64,000 nt of DNA from Candidatus Fervidifonticultor sextus (GTDB lineage Bacteria; Sysuimicrobiota; Sysuimicrobiia; Sysuimicrobiales; Humicultoraceae), in NCBI GenBank assembly GCA_031459875.1, contig JAVKHQ010000010.1, positions 22,281 through 86,280 of the forward strand, written 5' to 3'. The notes under the pieces were generated by a model that saw only the letters and a list, made by a program, of their open reading frames with translations, was not told the origin of the DNA and did not search any database. This document shows, piece after piece, positions 19,696-30,032 of this stretch (position 1 is its first letter; each line of letters begins with the position of its first letter). The position numbers and the translations under genes were made by a program.

Positions 19696-20709
19696 ATGAA
19701 CGCTGGGCCGCTGCGCTTCGGACTGCGGTTCAACAGCGGGTCCGGGACCATCCGCGAGGTCGTCCGATGGGCCCAGCTCGCGGAAGAGGCGGGCTTCGAC
19801 GACCTCTGGTACTGCCAGGACCTCATGCAGCGGGATGCCTGGGTGGTCCTCACCGCCGTTGCCTCTGCCACCCGCCGCATTCGGATCGGCACGTGCATCG
19901 TCAACCCGTTCTCGGCCAGCCCCGCCGAGATCGCCATGCGCGCGGCCAGCCTCCAGGAGTACAGCGAAGGCCGGTTCGTGTTGGGGATCGGTCCCGGGGA
20001 TCCCCCTTACCTGGCCTGGGCCGGCCTGGCACAGCGCCGGCCGCTGACCGGGCTGCGGGAGGCGGTGCGGCTGCTGCGGGCGCTGCTGCGGGGCGAGGAT
20101 GCCCCGTTCAACGGGGACGTCTTCAAGGGGTGGACTCCCGGCGCGCGGTTGAGATTCCCCCTGCCCTCGCGTCCGATCCCCATCTACATCGGCGGCCAGG
20201 GGCCGAAGGTGAGCGAGTTCATGGGGGAGGCTGGAGACGGCGCGCTGCCCATCGCGTTCCCTCCTGAGACGATCGACGCGGCGGTCGGGCGGATCCGCGC
20301 CGGCGCCGCGCGCGCGGGCCGGTCGCTGGACGGGTTCGACCTGGCGGCCTGTGTCTGGTGGTCGGTGGACGAGACCCACGAGGCCGCCGAGGAGGCGCTG
20401 CGCCCGCTGATCGCCTACTACGGCCCGTCGCTGCGCGCAGAAACGCTGGCCCCCATCGGCCTGACCCCGCAGGATTTCGACGAGGTGCGCGCGGCCTGGG
20501 AGGCGGGCGACCTCCCCCGGGCCGCAGACCTGGTCCGGCCTCCCATGTTCCGGCTGGCCGTCACCGGCACGCCGGAGGAGGTCGCCGGCCGTGTGCGCTG
20601 GCTGCAGGCGCGGGGGGCCACGCAGGTCAGCATCGGCCCGCCGCTCGGCCCCGACAGGGAACGGGCGCTGCGCCTGACGGCCGAGCGCGTCATCGCCCGG
20701 TTCCGGTAA
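19696..20709 (+). CDS. LLM class oxidoreductase (Mer-like), probably leaderless transcript
   Basis: AEEAGFDDLW, TRRIRIGTCIVNP, SEGRFVLGIGPG, IPIYIGGQGP; TGG-TAGAAC 7 nt before ATG and no RBS. Confidence 0.88.
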   Translation: MNAGPLRFGLRFNSGSGTIREVVRWAQLAEEAGFDDLWYCQDLMQRDAWVVLTAVASATRRIRIGTCIVNPFSASPAEIAMRAASLQEYSEGRFVLGIGPGDPPYLAWAGLAQRRPLTGLREAVRLLRALLRGEDAPFNGDVFKGWTPGARLRFPLPSRPIPIYIGGQGPKVSEFMGEAGDGALPIAFPPETIDAAVGRIRAGAARAGRSLDGFDLAACVWWSVDETHEAAEEALRPLIAYYGPSLRAETLAPIGLTPQDFDEVRAAWEAGDLPRAADLVRPPMFRLAVTGTPEEVAGRVRWLQARGATQVSIGPPLGPDRERALRLTAERVIARFR

Positions 20710-20929
20710 CCGCCCGGCGGCCTACGCGAGTTCCATGCCTTCGTGGGCGACTTCCAGGGTCTCGTCGTCGAACAGCACGTCGAGGATCACCTCGGGGCCG
20801 GCGGCCCTGCCGCCGCTCTTCCGGCCATGAACTGGCGGATCGAGTGGAGCATCGCCCAGAGGCTTTCGGTGGAGGCGGGGGCTTCCCTCTCGACGGTCGT
20901 CGGGTGTTCCGGAACCATCCGGCACCGGA

Positions 20930-20938
20930 TGCTATACT
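20930..20938 (+). promoter_or_regulatory. Extended -10 promoter element
   Basis: TG-C-TATACT upstream of the gene at 20974. Confidence 0.5.
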
Positions 20939-20973
20939 GATGAACGTCAGGTCGGTCTCCGGAGGCTGGTCCC

Positions 20974-21867
20974 ATGCGGCTCGGCGTCGTCTTCCCTCAG
21001 ACCGAGATCGGGATCGACCCGCATGTCATCCGTGACTTCGCCCAGGCCGTCGAGGGCCTCGGCTACGACCACCTGCTGATCTACGATCACGTCCTGGGGG
21101 CCGAGGTGACGAACCGCCCCGGTTGGATAGGGTACGACCTCAAGGACCCCTTCCACGAACCGCTCGTCCTCTACGGCTACCTCGCCGCCTGCACGCGCCG
21201 GATCGAACTGGCCACCGGCATCCTCATCCTTCCGCAGCGCCAGACCGCGCTGGTCGCCAAGCAGGCCGCCGAGGTGGACCTCCTCTCCGGCGGCCGACTG
21301 CGGCTGGGCGTCGGCCTGGGGTGGAATACCGTGGAGTACGAGGCCCTGGGGATGGACTTCCACACGCGCGGCGCGCGGATGGCCGAGCAGGTGAAGGTGC
21401 TGCGGGCGCTGTGGACTCGGGAGTCGGTGACATTCCGCGGACGGTGGCACACCATCGTCGAGGCGGGCATCAACCCAAGACCGGTCCAACGGCCGATCCC
21501 CCTCTGGATGGGCGGGCAGTCCGAGGCCGCCCTGCGGCGCGCAGGGCGCCTGGCCGACGGGTGGATGCCGGGAGGGACGCTGGTCAGCCCCACCTCCCGC
21601 ATGCCTGCCGCGTCCCCGCAGGACCTCGTCGCGCGGCTGCGCCGCTATGCCCGAGATGCCGGACGGGATCCGGCCGGCGTGGGCATCGAGGCGCGCATCT
21701 CCATGGATCAGGGCGGGCCGGACGACTGGCGACGCCTGGCCGACGAGTGGCGGGCCCTGGGAGCCACGCACCTGAGCGTGGCCACCATGCGGGGGGGCTT
21801 CAAGACGCCGGACGCCCACATTGAAGCGGTCAGGCGGTTCCGCGAGGCGGTGCGACAGGCGGGTTGA
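20974..21867 (+). CDS. LLM class, probably F420-dependent oxidoreductase (Rv2161c-like)
   Basis: GVVFPQTEIG, YDHVLG, PFHEP, ILILPQRQTALVAKQAAEVD, GLGWNTVEY. Confidence 0.88.
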   Translation: MRLGVVFPQTEIGIDPHVIRDFAQAVEGLGYDHLLIYDHVLGAEVTNRPGWIGYDLKDPFHEPLVLYGYLAACTRRIELATGILILPQRQTALVAKQAAEVDLLSGGRLRLGVGLGWNTVEYEALGMDFHTRGARMAEQVKVLRALWTRESVTFRGRWHTIVEAGINPRPVQRPIPLWMGGQSEAALRRAGRLADGWMPGGTLVSPTSRMPAASPQDLVARLRRYARDAGRDPAGVGIEARISMDQGGPDDWRRLADEWRALGATHLSVATMRGGFKTPDAHIEAVRRFREAVRQAG

Positions 21868-21871
21868 CGCC

Positions 21872-24800
21872 GTGGCGTCACAAGACAGGACCATTGCCAG
21901 CAGGACGCCGGGCGGCCTGCCGACGGGCACGGTCAGCTTTCTCTTTACGGACATCGAGGGCTCGACCGACCTCCTCCAGCGCGTGGGCGACGAGGCCTAT
22001 CGCGACATCCTGGAGCAGCACCACCGGTTGATGCGCGGCGCCTTCGAGCCGGTCGGTGGTGTCGAGGTGGACACTCAGGGCGACGCCTTCTTCGTCGCGT
22101 TCGCAAGCGCGCCCGCCTCGATTGCAGCCGCGGTCGCCGCGCAGTCGGCCTTCGCGGCGCACGGGTGGCCCGACGGGGTCACCGTCCGCGTCCGCATGGG
22201 CCTCCACACCGGCGAGCCCACGCTGGGGCCCGGCGGCTATGTCGGCATCGACGTCCACCGCGCCGCGCGGATCTGCGCGGCGGGCTACGGAGGCCAGATC
22301 CTGATCTCCGAGCGCACGCACTCCGCGGTGCAGGAGGCCCTCCCCGAGGGCATCACGCTGCGCGACCTGGGCGAGCACCGGCTCAAGGACCTGGCCCGGC
22401 CCGAGCATATCTTCCAGGCCGTCATCCCCGGGCTGCCCGCCGACTTCCCGCCGCTCAAGTCGCTGGACGTCAGGACGACCAACCTGCCGTCGCGGCACCT
22501 CACCAGCTTCATCGGACGCGAACGGGAGACCGCCGAGATCAAGCGGCTGCTGGGGGAGGCGCATCTGGTCACGCTGATGGGGCCCGGCGGATCGGGGAAG
22601 ACCCGGCTGGCCCTCCAGGTGGCGGCCGACCTGCTCGAGGCGTTCCCCAGGGGCGCCTGGCTGGTGGAACTTGCGCCGATTGCGGACCCCGGGCTCGTGC
22701 CCCAGACCGTGGCGTCCGTCTTCGGCGTGCGGGAGGGCCCCGGCCGGCCGCTGCTGGACGCGCTGGTGGACTACCTGCGCCCGCGGGACCTCCTGCTCGT
22801 GCTGGACAACTGCGAGCACCTCGTCGAGGCCGCGGCATCCCTGGCGGGGACGCTGCTGCGCGGCTGCCAGATGCTGCGGATCCTGGCGACCAGCCGGGAG
22901 GCCCTGGCGGTGCCCGGTGAGGTCACATACCGCGTCCCCCCGCTGGGGGTTCCCGACCCGCGCCGGGGTGCCACGGTCGAGCAGGTGATGCAGTCGGCCG
23001 CGGCTCGGCTCTTCATCGAGCGGGCGGTGCTGAGCAACCCGGCGTTCGCCGTCGACGAGACCAACGCGGGGGCCATCGCCCAGGTGGTCCAACGGCTGGA
23101 CGGGATCCCGCTGGCCATCGAACTGGCGGCGGCGCGCGTGAGGGTGCTCCCGGTGGGTCAGATCGCCCGGCGGCTCGACGACCGGTTCCGCCTGCTGACC
23201 GGCGGCGGCCGCGGCGGGCTGGCCCACCACCAAACGCTGCGGGCGGCGGTGGACTGGAGCTACGACCTGCTCTCGCCGGAGGAGCGGGCGCTCTTCAGGC
23301 GGCTGTCGGTGTTCGCCGGCGGCTTCACCCTTGAGGCTGCGGAAGCGGTGTGCACGGGTGAGGGGGGTGATAGCTCCGACGTCCTCGACTTCCTGACGCG
23401 CCTGGTGGACAAGTCGCTGGTCGGCACCGAGAGCATCGCCGGCGATCTCCGCTACCGGATGCTGGAGACGATCCGCCAGTACAGCCGCGAGCGGTTGGCC
23501 GAGGCGGACGAGGCGGACGCGATCCGGCAGCGACACCTGACCTGGTACCTCGCCGCAGCCGAACAGGCGGGACCCGCGCTCCGGGGGCCCGACCAGCTCC
23601 TCTGGCTGGAGCGGCTGGAACTGGAACACGACAACTTCCGGGCGGCGCTCGAATGGGCGAAGAAAAACGACGCCGGAGGCGTCGAGGCCGGGCTGCAGCT
23701 GGCGGGGGCGCTGCACCGATTCTGGGTGCTCCGGGGCTATCTGCGCGAAGGCCGGGAGTGGCTGGAAGCGTTCCTGTCCGAGGCCGCCGAGGGCCCGACG
23801 CCCGCGCGCGCCAGAGCGGCCTATGGGGCGGCGGTGCTGGCGTTCCACCAGGGAGACTACGCGCGGGCCGAGGCACGGAGCACGGAGAGCCTGGCGGCCT
23901 ACCGGAAACTCGGGCACGCCGAGGGCACCGCGCTGTCGCTCAACACCCTGGGGATCGCGGCCAGGAACCGCGGCGACTACGTGCAGGCGCGGTCGCTGCT
24001 GGAACAGAGCGCGGCCATCAGCCGGACCGCCGGGCACCGCTGGGCGCTGGCCGAAGCCCTCAACATCCTGGGGGTGACGGCGAGGCGGCAGGGCGATCTT
24101 GCCGCGGCGACAGCGCTGGTCGAGGAGAGCCTCGCGCTCTGGCGGCAACTGGGGGACCGGTGGGGGCTCGCGGCGTCCCTCGGCCACCTGGGAGTTGTGG
24201 CGCGTCAGCGGGGTGACTACGAACGGTCCAGGGCACTCCACGAAGAGAGCCTGGCGCTGCGGCGGGAACTGGGCGACAGACGGAATATCGCGGCAGCGCT
24301 GATGAGCCTCGGCATTGTGGCACGACACCTCGGGGACTACCAGCAAGCCGGGGCGATACTGGAAGAGAGCCTGACCCTCTCAAGAGAACTCGGCGACAAG
24401 ATGAGTGTCGCCGCCAGCCTGTGCAGCCTGGGGTTGGTCGCCCATCGACGGGGTGAGGACGAGCGCGCGGCGGCGTTGCTGGAGGAGAGCCTGGCGCTGT
24501 CGAGGGCGCTGGGAGACAGGGTGAACCACGCGGCGGCGTTGTGCAACCTCGGATTCGTGGCGGCGCACCAGGGCGACTACGCGCGGGCCGGGGCGCTCCA
24601 CCGGGAGAGCCTGAACCTCTACCGGTCCCTCGGAGACTGGTCAGCGATCGCCGACTGCCTGACCGGCCTCGCCGACGTGAGCGCGGCCGAAGGGCAGGCC
24701 GACCGGGCGGCACGCTTTCTGGGAGCCACGGACGCGCTGCGTCGCGCGCGTGGCGTCCCGCTGCCGCCGGCGGACCGGGTGCTCTATGAACGGGCCGTGG

Positions 24801-24907
24801 CATCGGCTCGGACGCTGCTCGGCGAGGAGGCCTTTGCGGCGGCATGGGCCTCCGGACAGACGATGTCGACCGACGAGGCCATCCGCGAAGCCCTCACCTC
24901 CCGCTGA
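21872..24907 (+). CDS. Adenylate/guanylate cyclase + STAND P-loop ATPase + TPR protein
   Basis: FLFTDIEGST, GDAFF, RMGLHTG, VHRAARI; GPGGSGKTRL, LDNCEHL, LDGIPLAIELAAAR; 40-aa TPR-like repeats at the C-terminus. Confidence 0.92.
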   Translation: MASQDRTIASRTPGGLPTGTVSFLFTDIEGSTDLLQRVGDEAYRDILEQHHRLMRGAFEPVGGVEVDTQGDAFFVAFASAPASIAAAVAAQSAFAAHGWPDGVTVRVRMGLHTGEPTLGPGGYVGIDVHRAARICAAGYGGQILISERTHSAVQEALPEGITLRDLGEHRLKDLARPEHIFQAVIPGLPADFPPLKSLDVRTTNLPSRHLTSFIGRERETAEIKRLLGEAHLVTLMGPGGSGKTRLALQVAADLLEAFPRGAWLVELAPIADPGLVPQTVASVFGVREGPGRPLLDALVDYLRPRDLLLVLDNCEHLVEAAASLAGTLLRGCQMLRILATSREALAVPGEVTYRVPPLGVPDPRRGATVEQVMQSAAARLFIERAVLSNPAFAVDETNAGAIAQVVQRLDGIPLAIELAAARVRVLPVGQIARRLDDRFRLLTGGGRGGLAHHQTLRAAVDWSYDLLSPEERALFRRLSVFAGGFTLEAAEAVCTGEGGDSSDVLDFLTRLVDKSLVGTESIAGDLRYRMLETIRQYSRERLAEADEADAIRQRHLTWYLAAAEQAGPALRGPDQLLWLERLELEHDNFRAALEWAKKNDAGGVEAGLQLAGALHRFWVLRGYLREGREWLEAFLSEAAEGPTPARARAAYGAAVLAFHQGDYARAEARSTESLAAYRKLGHAEGTALSLNTLGIAARNRGDYVQARSLLEQSAAISRTAGHRWALAEALNILGVTARRQGDLAAATALVEESLALWRQLGDRWGLAASLGHLGVVARQRGDYERSRALHEESLALRRELGDRRNIAAALMSLGIVARHLGDYQQAGAILEESLTLSRELGDKMSVAASLCSLGLVAHRRGEDERAAALLEESLALSRALGDRVNHAAALCNLGFVAAHQGDYARAGALHRESLNLYRSLGDWSAIADCLTGLADVSAAEGQADRAARFLGATDALRRARGVPLPPADRVLYERAVASARTLLGEEAFAAAWASGQTMSTDEAIREALTSR

Positions 24908-25004
24908 AGGAATCCCCCACCGGACGGGGAATTGGCGGTCACATCCCTGGGGATGCGGCCGGACCATGCCGGCTCCGGCAACGAGGGAAGGGGGTTGCCC
25001 TCCG

Positions 25005-26372
25005 ATGGTGCTCATTCGCAAGGCGCCCCGGCGTGCGGCGCCTGTGGTTCTTTTTGTGCTCCTTCTGGCTTCACCGGTGGTCGGCCCGTCTGTGCGGCCC
25101 GCCTCAGGGCACATTGGCGAGGCGCCGTTCTCGTCGGTGGCCGCGCCGGTCGGCGTCGCGGCCACTCCCGGCAGGCTGCTCGTCACCACCCCCTTCTGCG
25201 GGAACCCGCGCCAGGTGCTCTCAATCGACAGTACCGGCGCGGCCCGCGTGTTCGCCACCCTGTCCCCGCGGGACGGCGGCTGTTTCGAGGAGTACATTGC
25301 GGTGGCTGCGCCGGCGGACCCCACCAGGCCCGGATTCCCCTCCCCGACGAGGGGCGGGTTCCCGTCGAACTACGCCTACGTCACACAGGGCCAGAATGTT
25401 GTCCAGATCGCGCTCGACGGAACCGTCTCGCCGTTTGCCGTGATTCCGGCCTGCGAGCCATCGCGCAACGGCATCACCTTCGACGACGCAGGCCTGTTCG
25501 GCTACAACATGATCGTGGCCTGCGCCAACGGCAAGATCTACAGGGTCACCGCCGCGGGCGTCACGAGTCTGATCACCGATGTCGCCGACAGGCTGGGCCT
25601 CAAGAGCGTCAGGATCGAGAACCCCGACGTCGCCCCGATGGCGTTCGCCCCGTACGGCGGCCATCTCTTCGTGGCCGCGGAGCTCCTGGGCAAGGTGCTG
25701 GCCATCTCCCCCGCGGGGGACGTGGCCGTCGTGGCCAGCTGGGCCGGGGCGGAAGGCGTCCACTTCGTCCCCGCCCAGAAGTGTGACTTCGGCACTTCCG
25801 GTGGGACGTTCTTCACAGCGTTGAAGGGCGTGGGGGGCCCGGGGGGCCTGATCAAGTTCCCCATGGCGGCGTTTGCCGGCAAGAGCGGGCGGGCGCTGGT
25901 GACCAGCGAGACCGGCGCGGGCATCGGCCTGCTGACCCCCACCGGCGCGCCTGTCATCGTCCCCACGCTCTTCCACGAGAACATCGGCCGCCACGAGGGA
26001 TCCGCCTTCGTGGACTGCACCACCCCCCTGCTGCTGCGGATCATCGTGAAGCCCGGGAGCATCCCCCACACCATCAACCCGAAAAGTTCCGGGACCGTAC
26101 CGGTGGCGATCCTCTCCAGCCCGATCTTCAACGCGCTGACCCAGGTCGTCACCTCGTCGATCACCTTCGGGATGACGGGCATCGAGCGCAGCCTGGCCTC
26201 CTGCAACCGGTCCGGCCAGGACGTCAATGGCGACGGCCTCCTGGACATGACCTGCCACTTCTTTGCCACCAGGTTGGGGATCACAACGAACGGCGTCTAC
26301 CGCGGCCCACTGATCCTCAAACTGAAGTACACCGCTCCGGGTGGCGATCCAGATGGAGAAGGGGCCGACTAG
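25005..26372 (+). CDS. Secreted hypothetical protein (propeller-like N-terminus; C-terminal module with DVNGDG Ca-binding-like motif)
   Basis: Signal peptide; repeated xGVAxxP/GITFD/EGVHF blades; VKPGS.P..INP.S.G.VPVAILS...DVNGDGLLD..CHF. Confidence 0.7.
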   Translation: MVLIRKAPRRAAPVVLFVLLLASPVVGPSVRPASGHIGEAPFSSVAAPVGVAATPGRLLVTTPFCGNPRQVLSIDSTGAARVFATLSPRDGGCFEEYIAVAAPADPTRPGFPSPTRGGFPSNYAYVTQGQNVVQIALDGTVSPFAVIPACEPSRNGITFDDAGLFGYNMIVACANGKIYRVTAAGVTSLITDVADRLGLKSVRIENPDVAPMAFAPYGGHLFVAAELLGKVLAISPAGDVAVVASWAGAEGVHFVPAQKCDFGTSGGTFFTALKGVGGPGGLIKFPMAAFAGKSGRALVTSETGAGIGLLTPTGAPVIVPTLFHENIGRHEGSAFVDCTTPLLLRIIVKPGSIPHTINPKSSGTVPVAILSSPIFNALTQVVTSSITFGMTGIERSLASCNRSGQDVNGDGLLDMTCHFFATRLGITTNGVYRGPLILKLKYTAPGGDPDGEGAD

Positions 26373-26376
26373 CGTC

Positions 26377-27798
26377 CTACGGCAACTCCTCCCACGCCGC
26401 CACCCAGGCCACGACCGGAGCGTCGTCCGGCACCTCGAGGCCCGGCGTGCCCAGCACGGCGGGGTCGTAGCGGATGACCGCGTCGCCTCCGAAATTGCGG
26501 AAACTGAACTCGGGGTCGGCCCCGAGCACCGCCCCGACCACATCCAGGCGCGCGTCCCTGCCGATATCGATTGACCGGTCGGCGTAGACCAGGCCGTGGG
26601 CGCGCAGCCGGGCGCCCAGCGTGGCCACCAGGGCGCCGTCGTCCAACACCAGCAACGCCGGGAGCGTCCGGGTGGAGGCCGAATGGGTGATCTCTAGGGA
26701 GGCCTCGCGGCCGAGGTAGACGGTGCTTTCGGCGATCAGCGCGCCGTCTGCGATCTGCAACCGCTGACCGTCGACCAGGTAGAGTCCGGCCTGCAGGTAG
26801 ACGACGCCGCGGAAGATCCCCGGCAGGCGCACGGCCCGCAGGTAGGCCAGGAGCAGTTCGAACTCGTTGCGCGAGTAGAGGCTGTCACGCTTCGCGGCCA
26901 GGTCGAGGTCGCCCGCATGTCGGCCCGCCGCAAAATTCAGGCGGGCGTTGGCGGTGTTGGCCGCGGCCAGCGTCCGGTAGTAGGCGCGGTTTACCTCCGG
27001 CAGGACGGGCAACTCCGCTTCGCGGATGACCACGCCTTCAACATAGACTCCCATGACGCGCAGCTGCTGCAGATCCACCCGCCGACCGTCGGGCCCCAGC
27101 GTCAGGCCGGCGCCGCGGGCGAGCAGCAGCCGGACCGGCCCGGGCCTCAGCGGGACCGCCGTGCCGCCGGCGCCTTCCGGGGCATCCAGGGGCCCCGGGC
27201 CTGCCTGGACGGCCCTGAAGGGATCGTTGATGGACACGCCGGTGGTGGCGAATCCGATGCCCGCGCCGGCGGCGATGTGGATCCACGGTCGGTCCCCGAT
27301 GCCGGCCCCGTACGGCAGGAGGACCATCGCGGCCGGGGGCCGCTCGAGGAAGACGAAACTCGCCCCGTACAGCGCCGCCAGCAGCGAGGGCGGCGCGAGG
27401 TAGACCCGCGCCCGCACCCTGCGGATCATCCCCCCGGCTTCGCCGGCGCTGGTGACCCACACCCCGCCGCCGGGGGCGTCGATGATCGCGATCGTGAACC
27501 GGCCGTCAAACCCGCCGGCGCGCCACCCCTCGCCGTAGGCTGTGGGCCTCCAGGTGCGGCCCGACCTCACCCCGCCGGCGGCGGGCGTCTCCAGGATGCC
27601 GAGCGCCCGGTGCACCCCGGCCTCTGCGGCCGCCAGGGCCGCGGCCGACCGAAGGCGAGCCCCGGCCCGCGCCTGCTGCTGGCTGGTGAACCACACGAAG
27701 CTGAACGATGAACCAGAGACGGCGAGGAGCATGAGAAGCACGATGAGCAGCGCGATGCCCCCCTCGCGCGCCGTCCGGAAGACGGCAAAGATTCTCAT
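26377..27798 (-). CDS. PilX-like (prepilin-type N-terminus) protein
   Basis: REGGIALLIVLLML...ALAAAEAGVHRAL and C-terminal VAWVAAWEE; ATG 27798. Confidence 0.7.
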   Translation of the reverse strand: MRIFAVFRTAREGGIALLIVLLMLLAVSGSSFSFVWFTSQQQARAGARLRSAAALAAAEAGVHRALGILETPAAGGVRSGRTWRPTAYGEGWRAGGFDGRFTIAIIDAPGGGVWVTSAGEAGGMIRRVRARVYLAPPSLLAALYGASFVFLERPPAAMVLLPYGAGIGDRPWIHIAAGAGIGFATTGVSINDPFRAVQAGPGPLDAPEGAGGTAVPLRPGPVRLLLARGAGLTLGPDGRRVDLQQLRVMGVYVEGVVIREAELPVLPEVNRAYYRTLAAANTANARLNFAAGRHAGDLDLAAKRDSLYSRNEFELLLAYLRAVRLPGIFRGVVYLQAGLYLVDGQRLQIADGALIAESTVYLGREASLEITHSASTRTLPALLVLDDGALVATLGARLRAHGLVYADRSIDIGRDARLDVVGAVLGADPEFSFRNFGGDAVIRYDPAVLGTPGLEVPDDAPVVAWVAAWEELP

Positions 27799-28329
27799 GT
27801 CCTGCCCATCACGCAGTGAGACAACGAGCCTGGGGATCGCCGCGGGAGTACTGAATAGGCGGCGTGTAGCCCAAAGCCGAGTGAGGCCGCGGGGCTCTGT
27901 CGAGTCACCCACAACCTGGACTACGATCTGGACCGTACTTCGTCTTCCCAATTCCGTCGAACACCAACAACGCTCCGGACCGCGCAATCATGCGAAGACA
28001 GCCGTACTGCAGGCGGCGATCTACACAACCAATGGCAACGCGGCCTATGTCAACCCCTAACTCCGCAAGTACTTCACCTTGAAACAGAGTGGCCGTGCCG
28101 GCCGTGGCGTGTGTACTGATGGACGCGCCAGTCTCTCTGTGGCCGTGCAGCCGCCCGGAAAACTTTCATCTCGGTCGCCGAGCATGATAGCTTTACTCAA
28201 AGCTCAACCACCTCTACGCAGGGATCTATCCAAGGCTTGCGGACACGTACCGGACTCGATTCGCCGATTGTCTCAAGTGGAACCGCTAACTCCAACACCG
28301 ACAGCAGACGGTCGAGCATGAGTTCTTGA

Positions 28330-28830
28330 TGCCGAAGGAAACCGCGCGTGACCCGAGGGAGCAGGACCCTCGCCGCCTGAGGGTGTGGCGTGCGGCCTGG
28401 ACCGCGCCCGCCCTGGCCGGGCGGACCGGCATGCGGGTCAGCGCCCAGTGGATACGCCACTATCTGCATATGTGCGCGGGAACGCACCCTGGCGGCCGAC
28501 GTGGACGGTGCGAAATCTGGCCCGTCGGGATCCTCAGTGCGCAGCAAAAAGGCCCGCGCCGAGGCGCTCACACGGAGCCCGCCGCCTCGGGTAGATCTGT
28601 ACGTCGAGGATGAAACGGAGCTGGCCTTGCCGCCCACCCTCACCCGCTGCTGGACGCGGCGGGGGGCAGCAGGGGAAGATCCCGGCTCCGGGGACCAATC
28701 GGGCCCGCGGGCGGCAGGCCCTCGTCCTCCCGACAATGCCGCGTTCCATCGGCCTGACAAATCGCCGCAGGTCGCGGCGCGCCTGCGCCGGCATGGCCCC
28801 TGAAGAAGCGCCCGAACGTCTCTTGGGCAA
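28330..28830 (+). mobile_element. IS630-family transposase pseudogene (multiply frameshifted)
   Basis: Pieces in different frames: WTAPAL..RVSAQWIRHYLH, WRPTWTV..RDP, DLYVEDETELAL.PTLTRCWTRRG, KIPAPGTN, DNAAFH. Confidence 0.7.
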
Positions 28831-29553
28831 TCAGCTCTCCGGAGGGCTCCCTGGTGGGTAGGCCCGTCCGTCGATCACCAGCCAGACCCCTGCGGTGGCG
28901 GCTTCCCGGCTGGCATCGGCCGTAGCGCGCTCCCCGGCCACCGCCGCCAGCGCCGGCATGGCGGCGATTCGCTGGAGCAGCCGTGCCCGGCGAGCCGCCC
29001 GTTTCACGTCGTGTGCGTCCACCACCGCGGAGACCTCGGCGACGAGGTAGCACTCTTCGTCGCCATCGCGGCGCCGCCCGCGGATGACCAGGTCGGCCTG
29101 CAAGAGATCCGCGTGCTCGTCCAGCGCAAGAAGGGCGCGCCCCTCGGCGTCCTCGGCCATCGCGGCCAGCTCCGCCCGGGGCACCAGGTGGATCGCCCGC
29201 AGGATCCTCAGGAAATAGGCGTGCGCCTTCTCCCGATAGTCGAGCTCGAGCACCCTGCCGCGCACGTCTCCCACGATGCCTGCAAGACGGGACACCTGGA
29301 CCACCAGTTCGCTCAATTGCGCGGCCAGGGTGTCCACCCGCGCGGCCAACGCGTCCACCCGCGCGGTCAGTGCCTCCAGCCGCTGCTCCGTCCGCCGCTG
29401 GGCCTCGGCCAGCGCGCGCAGCTCTGCTTGCGTCTCGGCCTGGGCCTCAGCCAGCCGCTGGAGAGCTACCTCGAGCCTGTCCACGCGCGCTTCCAGCACA
29501 TCCGCTCCCTCTAATCTATCGTCGATGCTAGCACAGTTACTCGGGGGGCTCAA
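28831..29553 (-). CDS. Coiled-coil repeat protein with C-terminal PD-(D/E)xK-like domain; N-terminus probably truncated
   Basis: LAEAQ..TE.RL heptads; ADLVIRG...YLVAEVS.VVD..DV.RAARRA.LL. Confidence 0.7.
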   Translation of the reverse strand: MSPPSNCASIDDRLEGADVLEARVDRLEVALQRLAEAQAETQAELRALAEAQRRTEQRLEALTARVDALAARVDTLAAQLSELVVQVSRLAGIVGDVRGRVLELDYREKAHAYFLRILRAIHLVPRAELAAMAEDAEGRALLALDEHADLLQADLVIRGRRRDGDEECYLVAEVSAVVDAHDVKRAARRARLLQRIAAMPALAAVAGERATADASREAATAGVWLVIDGRAYPPGSPPES

Positions 29554-29558
29554 ACTCC

Positions 29559-29918
29559 TTGATCGAAGCGAGTTCCAGAAGACTCGCAGGGGCCTCTCGG
29601 GCAGGAAGCACCTTTGCCCGCAAGGGCGGCGCCTGGCAGCTCGTGGCCATCGAGTGGGTGTTCCCGAGTCGCCCCGCGACCCCGCCGCTGCAGGGCGCGG
29701 AGTACGCCTCGTTTGGTGCAGCGTGCCACTACGCCGACGGCTCGTTCATCGAAACCGCTGCGGAGGCCAGGTGCGGGAGGACCAACCCGCAGACCGGGGC
29801 TGCGTTCGGCTTCTGGCACGGCCCGCTGGTGACCCTGCACCTGTGGATCTGGTACCCGAACCCCAACGGCATCTTCGGAGAGTTCAACCCGTTGCTGACG
29901 CCGTTCAACAACGAGTAG
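29559..29918 (+). pseudogene. 5'-truncated conserved hypothetical gene
   Basis: Coding-like only from LVAIEWV to TLHLWIWYPNPNGIFGEFNPL; no RBS or credible N-terminus. Confidence 0.55.
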
Positions 29919-30032
29919 ATGCGCTGGATGATGCTCGTGCTCGCCTCGGCGTTGGCCGCCTGGTCCCCTCAGCCGGCCGATGCCGGGGCGGCTCGCGCTG
30001 TCCTGAGGGCACCGACCTGCACAGACGCCTGA
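29919..30032 (+). pseudogene. Signal-peptide-only gene remnant
   Basis: MRWMMLVLASALAAWSPQPADAG followed by an early stop. Confidence 0.35.

Noticed and set aside
23800..24700. Periodic 120-bp similarity as a CRISPR or DNA repeat array
   Set aside because: Explained by degenerate 40-aa TPR-like coding repeats.
27800..28330. tRNA or structured ncRNA in the low-GC intergenic stretch
   Set aside because: No cloverleaf, T-loop or convincing long stems found.
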